From Alloascoidea hylecoeti (taxonomy: Eukaryota), in the NCBI GenBank assembly GCA_001600815.1, contig BCKZ01000001.1, positions 171,942 to 226,369 on the forward strand: a stretch of DNA of 54,428 bases, in the 5' to 3' direction. Both the position numbers and the translations under genes were made by a program. Positions 46,891-54,428 of the stretch are shown one piece after another. A model generated the notes under the pieces. The model ran no database searches. It was not told where the DNA came from and worked only from the letters and a program-made list of their open reading frames with translations. Within the stretch, counting starts at the first letter, position 1, and every line of letters starts with the position of its first letter.

Positions 46891-48570
46891 TTAATTGCTT
46901 GTGTTTAATGTCTTGTTTGTTTGGACGAAGTATCCTACTCTATCTTAGTGAAAAGTGTGGAGCTAATAGGTGACAATAAATAAGTTATGCAGCGAATAAT
47001 TTTGTAAAACATGGACGAATTGCCAGTCATTGACGTATCCTATAGGACCTCTACCTATCAACCAAGAGCAACTCTACCGGCCATTAATCAAAAAATGATA
47101 ACTGGATAAACAGAACCCGAGAATTGCCATCGAAAAGGATTGGAAGCGTATAATTTTCTCAGTGCTAAAGGAGAGAAGATGCTACAGAGCACTGAGCACC
47201 TTAATAGCCCAAAATAATTACCGGCCGAAGTGATGAAATAGGCTTTTAGCTAGATGAGACAGTGAATAGCTTGTAGTGTTTGTCTACATAGGCATATTTG
47301 TCCTCAATTGAGTAGATGATATGGCGTTCCACGGGTTTAACAAAAAGATCTTCTACGCATCAAAATGAAATCACGGGCCGAATAAAAAAAAACCTTATAC
47401 CGGCGGTGATCTATGCAAGGAGTAAAGTATTAACTTCTTTTAAAATTATCTAGGGTTTCAGGAAGGCTCGGATTTGGCTGTTAATAGGATCATGGAGGTG
47501 AAATTCTGTTTCTATATGTACTACCACCGGAATACAACTAAATGGGAATATATAGTCTTTATATACTCTAATGTTACTACTTCTAGCTAGTACCTTTCTA
47601 GAGATTTATTAAGAGACAAATCTGATAATTAAAATCCTGTTTCTAACTTTAATATCCAATTCTAATACATATTCGCAAGGAGTAATCAACCAAATGATTC
47701 ACTCATCACTCTTAAACACTTGGAGCTATTAGAAAAGAAAATAAAATAATTAGTGAAGATAAGAGAGAAAAGGCAAGGATGTTAAATGAAACTTGATGAC
47801 ATGGAAAGAAGAAAACTTATTGACCTCTACGTAACTTTAACAGAATCACAAGATTCACAACCTGTAGGCCCATAAAACTATAATACTAATTAATAATTAC
47901 ATCGCTAAACTATTGCTGTTCTGTAAAAGTAAATTATCGTTCTATAAATTAGATCACACAGAAACGTTATATGAATTGAATAAATTTTGAAATGAAATGA
48001 TCTTTCAGACATTTTCTTCCTAAAAATTTCAAAGTATCTTTGTATTTGTGAGTATACCACCAAATGATGATTGCTTGTAATACTTTTTAAAAATATATAT
48101 TCTTTTTTTTTTTTTAATTGAGTGTTTTCTAATTAACATATTAACTACCAATATTTGGGAAAAGATATACTCGTTAATTACAGGTTATGATCATATTAAG
48201 AAAATCTTCTGGTGGTTAAATTCAAATCTATTACAAAGAGGTACTGTTGATTTCCAGACACCTAATATAGAATTAATATTGCAACTATCAGTACCAAACA
48301 TACATTTCATTATTAGTAAGGCATTTATCAAGAAAAATTGTTCACCGAACTAGAGATGAGATATAAATTATTGCTTCAGCTAGAATTATAACGGTATATG
48401 TGTCAGCACAAGCAGTGTTAAAGTTTCTGGCCATGAACCAAGCGTTTCGGAAGTTAATGACAGCTGGGGATCTTCAATCATGACCACCTTGTCTACTGGA
48501 AATGGCAATGCCAACGGTATGCCTAAATATTAGTATTGAACCTATAATCACAAGACAATATAAATAAATA

Positions 48571-48590
48571 TTACCCGATATTACCCGATA
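48571..48590 (+). repeat. Tandem duplication (TTACCCGATA)x2, each copy containing a Reb1-like core TTACCCG
   Basis: Direct 10-bp duplication; function not shown. Confidence 0.5.
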
Positions 48591-50176
48591 TATCAAACAG
48601 AGTATATATTGACAGACTGATTTTATATCTCATAACGGATAATCATATAGTTTTGAATATTTCGACACGGGTAGTCGACTCAACCACTTAAAGTTTCCCC
48701 GACATGGGCCAATCATGGTTATAGAATTCCAACCATTCCGTAACCCTATACCATGCTATATGAATATGATTAATGATATCTATTACATCAAATATTAGAA
48801 GCAGTTATGCCAAAAAGTCGCAAAACCCCTTCTCGACTGCTCAAGAATGGACTAACATTACCAACCTTAAAGATAACAGTTATCAACCGTGTAGAAGAGG
48901 TTCACCGATTATTGTGTAATCCACCAACTTCTTATATTACTTGAATAAATTATATGTGCAATTATTGGAGTAGTTTATAATTTAAGTGTCGCGATTCCAC
49001 GCGCTCTATTATAATAATATATAATGGGATAAAGCTCATTGTTTTAGTGTTTTTGTTCCATTTTTTGGTATGCTTCTTTCATATAATTACTTCATTCTAG
49101 AACTTGCTTTTCTAGACTTCGAACCAAGTTCAATCAATTATAAATTCTTATCTAGCTACATGGTAAAATACCTAATCATAACATGATCAACTGCAGTATT
49201 TAACAGTTATTTAACTAGGATGAAATTAAAAAAGTAATAATCACTAAAATATTTACATTTGAATTCACCGTTTTATTCATATAATTTTATAAGCAATTGA
49301 TATCTCTTTGTCTTTAATTAATTACGAGGTCTTCATACCAAACACACCATGTTACTTAAGCTTGATTATAATCAATATCATTTACTTTGTATTTTCCGTT
49401 AGATAACAATAATTTTGATTGCTAAATTCAATTATTTTTTTTCTTTGTTTCATATAGGTATTAATTATAATAGAAATTTCCTTAACATAGTGTTGACGCA
49501 GTGATTCTGAAGATGATAGCTGCAATTTCGTCAACAACAATAAAATTTATATGGATCGGGTCGTGTCTCGTGTGATCGATGACATTATTTCTTAATTAAA
49601 AGTGGCTGGGAAATTTAATAACAGCAATGTAAATTTGAAAGAAGATTTATCGATCTAAATATAAATATTTACTGCCATTTAACATCGATATTGGATATAT
49701 CTACGCAAATTGTCAATAATAAATTATCAACCCTCAAATCCCTCACATTTTGATATCGATCATATCTTTTGGCATCTTTTGATGTGAGTGATAAAGTTTA
49801 ATTAAAAGCTTACATACATTTTAAATTTAAAGTATATGTATAGGTGCATTTTTGACATTTAGATAAACATTGCAATTGCAACATTAACCGAAACTTATCC
49901 ATGATCATTCTAAAATATATGAATAAAGATATTCACTCTTCATATAATTAACATTGAGTACAAAATATAGTTAACTTGTAAACATTGAAAAGATAAGAAA
50001 CGAAATCGAAAAATGAAGATGAACTAAACTTGAAACTGAAAAATTTTAAATTTACAATTTAAGGGGCATAACATTTATGCATATTATTATTATAATTATA
50101 TATTATAAACTAGTTAAAAGGACATTATAATTTTTCAGTAAATAAACGAACGAGTAACCGAGGACCTCAATTAGAT

Positions 50177-50500
50177 TTAGAGAAGAGCAGCGGCAGCAGC
50201 AACCAAAATACCAGCAGCGGCAACAGATCCGACCTTATTGGCAGCACCAGTGTAAGCAGAAATTTCAGCAGTTGAGTTTGAAGCCGTAGAAGAGGCAGAA
50301 GCTTCAACGGAGACAGCTGCAACAGAAGAAGCGGCAGCAGTGGAAGCAGCAGCAGTTGAGGAAGCTGGGCAATTTGTAACCTCTGAACCACAAGATGTGA
50401 TGGTTGCAACGGCAGTAGAGACATCAACTTCGGTGTCAACGACAGTGACGGTGGCGGCAATGGCAGCAGTGGCAGCGGAAAGAACGAAAGCAGACTTCAT
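50177..50500 (-). CDS. Small GPI-anchored cell-wall protein, CCW12-like
   Basis: Signal peptide, TITSC....C motif, Ser/Ala-rich stalk, YTGAA omega region and hydrophobic tail. Confidence 0.85.
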   Translation of the reverse strand: MKSAFVLSAATAAIAATVTVVDTEVDVSTAVATITSCGSEVTNCPASSTAAASTAAASSVAAVSVEASASSTASNSTAEISAYTGAANKVGSVAAAGILVAAAAALL

Positions 50501-50617
50501 TGTTATTTTTGATGTTTGTAAGAAGAAAAAGTAGAAAAAGGGGAACTTTCAGGTTTTTATACCCAAATTCCCATCTGCAAGGTATATTATGTAAGCAATT
50601 ACTAATAGGTCCGATAT

Positions 50618-50625
50618 CCGGGTAA
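50618..50625. promoter_or_regulatory. Reb1-type site CCGGGTAA in a 179-bp divergent promoter
   Basis: Exact consensus between two head-to-head genes. Confidence 0.5.
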
Positions 50626-50679
50626 CATATTTCATCAAACATCAACCTCCAACTGATAACTGGTGATGCTATCATATTA

Positions 50680-53600
50680 ATGCCTTCTCCCTCTCCATCT
50701 GAAGACCAACCGGAGGAGCAGTTGGGGCGGTCAGAACATTTGGAGAATACGGAGGTACTAGATGAGGTGGTAGCGAAAGAAGATAATGTTGAACCTAATG
50801 AAGATAATATCAATCAAGATAACAACTCAGTGACTATTGATAAGGATGATACTGACAAGGAATTGGAACAGAAGAGTGAAAATTTAGAGGAACAGCAACA
50901 AGAAATTATAAAAGATAAGGTTGAAATTTTTAAAAAGCCTGAAATATTCTCGATGATCAACATTCTTCAAGATATTCCATTTTTAAATCCAGAAATTCCA
51001 GAATCATCAAATGCAACAATAACTTGTGTTGAGGCGTGGGAACAAAGTATTTATATCGGTACATCAGTTGGAGAAATATTACATTTTTATAAAATTGAAG
51101 AATCAAATGAATATTTATTTGTTTCAAGGCAAAGAGCTCATCCAACTCGTATAAAACCAATTTCAAAAATATTATTATTACCTGCAATTTCAAGAGCTTT
51201 AGTTTTAGCTCATACAACTATTTCTGTTTTCACATTACCTGAATTTTCTCCTGCTTCTAGATTAGGAAGGATAAGAGATGCTATTGGTTTTACACTTGAT
51301 GCTGATAATATAAATTTATCATCTTCATCATCTACAGATTCAACTCCAAAATCAAGAAGTAAAGGTACAGGTAAAAATGATAAAAATGGAGTTCATGTTG
51401 CAGTTTTCACTAAAAATACAATTAGAATAGTTAATGTACAACCAAATGCTTTAAGATTATTAAAAGATGTTAATTATCCAGGAGCAATTGTTGGTGTTAG
51501 AAGATCATCTTTAGCTGTTATTGGAAATAAGGAATGTTATGATTTAATTGATTTAGAAAATGTTCAAAAAATTCCATTATTTCCAATCTCAAGTACTGGA
51601 GAAAATGAAGAAGAATTAGGAAATAATAATGAAAATGGAAATGAAAACGAAAATGTAAATGTAAATGAAAATGATAAAAATAAGAATAAAATTAAAAGAA
51701 AAAGGAAATTAAAATTAAAACCAACTGTTTTACCAATTGCAAATGAAGAATTTTTAGTTGTTTGTGGTTCAAATTCAAAAAATGAATCATCAATGGGTAT
51801 GATTATTAATATTGATGGTGATATTGTACGTGGTACAATTGCGTGGGATAAATATCCTTCATCAATTGCAATTGATTTTCCTTATATTATTGCAATTGTT
51901 GATAAAGAAATTCAAATTCATTCTTTATATGATCAAAAAATCGTTCAAAAAATTGAAATTAATAATAATAATAATGATGAAAATATCATTATTGAACAAC
52001 CACAAGTTATTAATGTTTGTTTAAAATATTCAATTCCTTATCCACCATTATCAAATAAAATAAAATTAGTACCCCTAAAAAATCAATTACAATTAACAAT
52101 TGAAGATGAATTTAAAATTCATGAAGAAGAAATAAAATCAAAATTTTTATCAAAATCAGAATCATCAATTTTTTTATTTAATAAAAAAATTGGTTTAAAT
52201 GTTTTAATTTCTTTACCAAGATTAAATAGGTTAGAAAATTTATTAAATTTAAAAAAAATTGATGAATTTGATGATGAATTCTTATTAATTTTAAATGATA
52301 ATAAAGAAAAAGAAAAAGATAAAAATTTATTATCAAACGACAAAGACAGAGAAATTATTGAATTAAAATATTTAAAATTATATCAATCATTAATATATCT
52401 TAAATTTGGAATGATTAATGATGCTAAAAATACTTGGTGTAATAATAACAATAATAATGATGATGATACTGATAATGAAAATTTATTATTTGATCCAAGG
52501 ATTATTATTTATATAAATGATTGTTTAAATGTTTCAAATGTTAAGAATTTTAAAGGAGATATTTGGATTTTTAATGGTGTTAAGCAATTAATTGATGAAA
52601 TTAAAGAAATGTTAAATGATAAAGATTTTAGAAATAAATTCGATAATTTCTATTATTTATTTTTAATTTATTGGAAAAATAAGATTAAAAAAAATGAACA
52701 AGAAATTGAAAATGAAACTGAAACTGAAAATGAAAATGACAATGAAAATAAAAGTAATAAAATTAATAATGATATTGTTTATTCTATTGAAATATCATTA
52801 CTAAAATATTATTTATCAAAAGATTTAAAACTAAAAGATAATAAAAATGAATTATATCAATTTATTGATAATGATTTAAATAATTGTTTTAATGAATCAA
52901 TTGAAGTATTAAAATCAAATAAAAAATATTTTATAATTAGTAGATTATATCAAAAAAGAAAAATGATAAAAGAAGTTTGTGAAGTTTGGAAAAAATTATT
53001 AACACCTTATTCAAATAATGAATATAAAGAAAATGATAATGAAAATTGGTATGATGATGATTTTAAAGGTTCTTCAGCAATTCAAACATTTACAGAATAT
53101 TTAATCAAATGTAAAGATAAAAGAATTGTTATAAAATATGGTAAATGGTTATTGAAATATTATCCGAATGATGGTATAAAAATATTTGTTTCTAAAAAAT
53201 TAAAAATTAATTTTAAAGAAGAAGAAATTGTTAATATAATTAAACAAATTAATGAACAAGAATTTAATAATAATGAAAATGAAAATGATGATTCAATTTA
53301 TAAACAAAATTTATGGAAACAATATTTAGAAATTTTAGTATTTGATCAAAATAATTTAAATTATATTTCAGATTTAATCAAATTATATTTAAATGATTAT
53401 ATTAAAATTTTAAAATCAAATAATTTTATTAAAATTGAAATTTTAAAAAATTTAAAAAATTATCAAAAATTAGATATACCAAGAATAAATTATTGGGAAT
53501 TTATAACTTCTTCAATTCAAAAAAATAAAAATAATAATAAAAATTATGATTATTATTATCTTAGAGAAAAATTTATAAAAACATTATTTATGTTGAATAA

Positions 53601-54315
53601 CAATAATTCACAAACAATAAATTTAAACATTGATAATGATAAAATTATTGAAAATTGTTTAATTAAATTAAATGCAGATTCATCATTAATTAAATATTTA
53701 CAATTTGAAATTTGTTTATGTTATAGTAAACTTCAAAAAGATATAAATTACAAAAATTATGAAATAATTTTAAATATTTTATTTAATGATATTGGTGATT
53801 ATCAAACAGGTATAAATTGTCTTAAATCAAAATTTTTAAATGGTTTAGGATTATCATTAAATTCATTTAGTGAAATAATACCAAATTTTTTAGAAAATGA
53901 AGAGGAAGAAATTATTAGAAATTCTACTTATGATGTAAAAAAAATTGAAATTTTATTTATTCATTTATTAAAAATTAAGATTGATCAAGAACAAGAACTA
54001 AAAAAGAAAAAAATTATTTTAAATTTTTTAAAAAGATTTGGCTCCTCATTATCAATGAATTTTATAATTAAGAGTATACCAAATTCTTGGACAATAAAAG
54101 ATTTAAATTATATTTTAAAACGTTATTTAAATGATTTAAATGATAAAAAGCAACAAGTTATATTAATGAAAAATTTATCAAGAAGTGAATTAAATTATAT
54201 GGGGAAGATTTATGATCAAGTTGATGATTTAGTTAATAAAGAAAGTGGTAGAAGTAATAAAAAAGAGAACGATGAAAATGAATTAGATCATGATGATGGA
54301 CTAGAATTATTATGA
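50680..54315 (+). CDS. Vam6/Vps39/TGFBRAP1-family (Vps3-like) CNH-domain tethering subunit
   Basis: CNH propeller motifs ITCVEAW..SIYIGTS.GEILHF, FTLPEFSP, KIPLFPIS, GDIVRGTIAW..YP.SIAIDFPY; clathrin-repeat-like YG.WLL...P..GI.IF; and IPNSW. Confidence 0.85.
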   Translation: MPSPSPSEDQPEEQLGRSEHLENTEVLDEVVAKEDNVEPNEDNINQDNNSVTIDKDDTDKELEQKSENLEEQQQEIIKDKVEIFKKPEIFSMINILQDIPFLNPEIPESSNATITCVEAWEQSIYIGTSVGEILHFYKIEESNEYLFVSRQRAHPTRIKPISKILLLPAISRALVLAHTTISVFTLPEFSPASRLGRIRDAIGFTLDADNINLSSSSSTDSTPKSRSKGTGKNDKNGVHVAVFTKNTIRIVNVQPNALRLLKDVNYPGAIVGVRRSSLAVIGNKECYDLIDLENVQKIPLFPISSTGENEEELGNNNENGNENENVNVNENDKNKNKIKRKRKLKLKPTVLPIANEEFLVVCGSNSKNESSMGMIINIDGDIVRGTIAWDKYPSSIAIDFPYIIAIVDKEIQIHSLYDQKIVQKIEINNNNNDENIIIEQPQVINVCLKYSIPYPPLSNKIKLVPLKNQLQLTIEDEFKIHEEEIKSKFLSKSESSIFLFNKKIGLNVLISLPRLNRLENLLNLKKIDEFDDEFLLILNDNKEKEKDKNLLSNDKDREIIELKYLKLYQSLIYLKFGMINDAKNTWCNNNNNNDDDTDNENLLFDPRIIIYINDCLNVSNVKNFKGDIWIFNGVKQLIDEIKEMLNDKDFRNKFDNFYYLFLIYWKNKIKKNEQEIENETETENENDNENKSNKINNDIVYSIEISLLKYYLSKDLKLKDNKNELYQFIDNDLNNCFNESIEVLKSNKKYFIISRLYQKRKMIKEVCEVWKKLLTPYSNNEYKENDNENWYDDDFKGSSAIQTFTEYLIKCKDKRIVIKYGKWLLKYYPNDGIKIFVSKKLKINFKEEEIVNIIKQINEQEFNNNENENDDSIYKQNLWKQYLEILVFDQNNLNYISDLIKLYLNDYIKILKSNNFIKIEILKNLKNYQKLDIPRINYWEFITSSIQKNKNNNKNYDYYYLREKFIKTLFMLNNNNSQTINLNIDNDKIIENCLIKLNADSSLIKYLQFEICLCYSKLQKDINYKNYEIILNILFNDIGDYQTGINCLKSKFLNGLGLSLNSFSEIIPNFLENEEEEIIRNSTYDVKKIEILFIHLLKIKIDQEQELKKKKIILNFLKRFGSSLSMNFIIKSIPNSWTIKDLNYILKRYLNDLNDKKQQVILMKNLSRSELNYMGKIYDQVDDLVNKESGRSNKKENDENELDHDDGLELL

Positions 54316-54428
54316 GATAGAGTTGATGATGTATGGAAATTAAGAAAAGAAGGAAAAGAAAAAATGATGGAATATCTTGGTGAAGATGGTGATATTTTTT
54401 AAAAATCCTATATGTTTATACAGTATTT

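Noticed and set aside
47300..49900. Long gene-free region considered as a centromere or LTR cluster
   Set aside because: No CDEI-CDEII-CDEIII arrangement, TG..CA LTR pair or inverted arms could be supported.
50167..50813. Overlapping alternative-frame and antisense ORFs around the GPI protein, and similar shadow ORFs inside other genes
   Set aside because: These are by-products of biased codon usage in the real CDSs.

Overview
This is AT-rich eukaryotic DNA from a budding yeast (Saccharomycotina-like). It has short GT..CTAAC..AG introns, two tRNA genes, and CTG read as Leu judging from GON7. Host genes are a KTR mannosyltransferase, SDS3, TDP1, D-amino-acid oxidase, dihydropyrimidinase, a D-2-hydroxyacid dehydrogenase, LAG1, SDH2, an MFS pump, two amino-acid permeases, an aldo-keto reductase plus a truncated copy, a trihelix Myb/SANT protein, GON7, eIF3m, a MARVEL protein, a CCW12-like GPI protein and a Vps3/TGFBRAP1-like protein. 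The long intergenic regions are full of mobile-DNA debris. The most notable item is a ~2 kb PIF/Harbinger-type element (27462-29491) with ~135-bp inverted termini starting GGCCA(C/T)CTC, an intact GC-richer Myb/SANT ORF and no transposase. It lies with a permease between two AKR copies that share a 334-bp identical tract. Also present are an ~800-bp degenerate palindrome, two Fot1/pogo relics (one interrupted by a Tc1-like end with a 22-bp-periodic motif array), and a broken ORF next to tRNA-Gln that weakly resembles Flp recombinase. There are unannotated pepsin and WD40 pseudogenes and a possible D-amino-acid/hydantoin catabolic gene trio. All family assignments come from motif recognition by eye; no searches were run.
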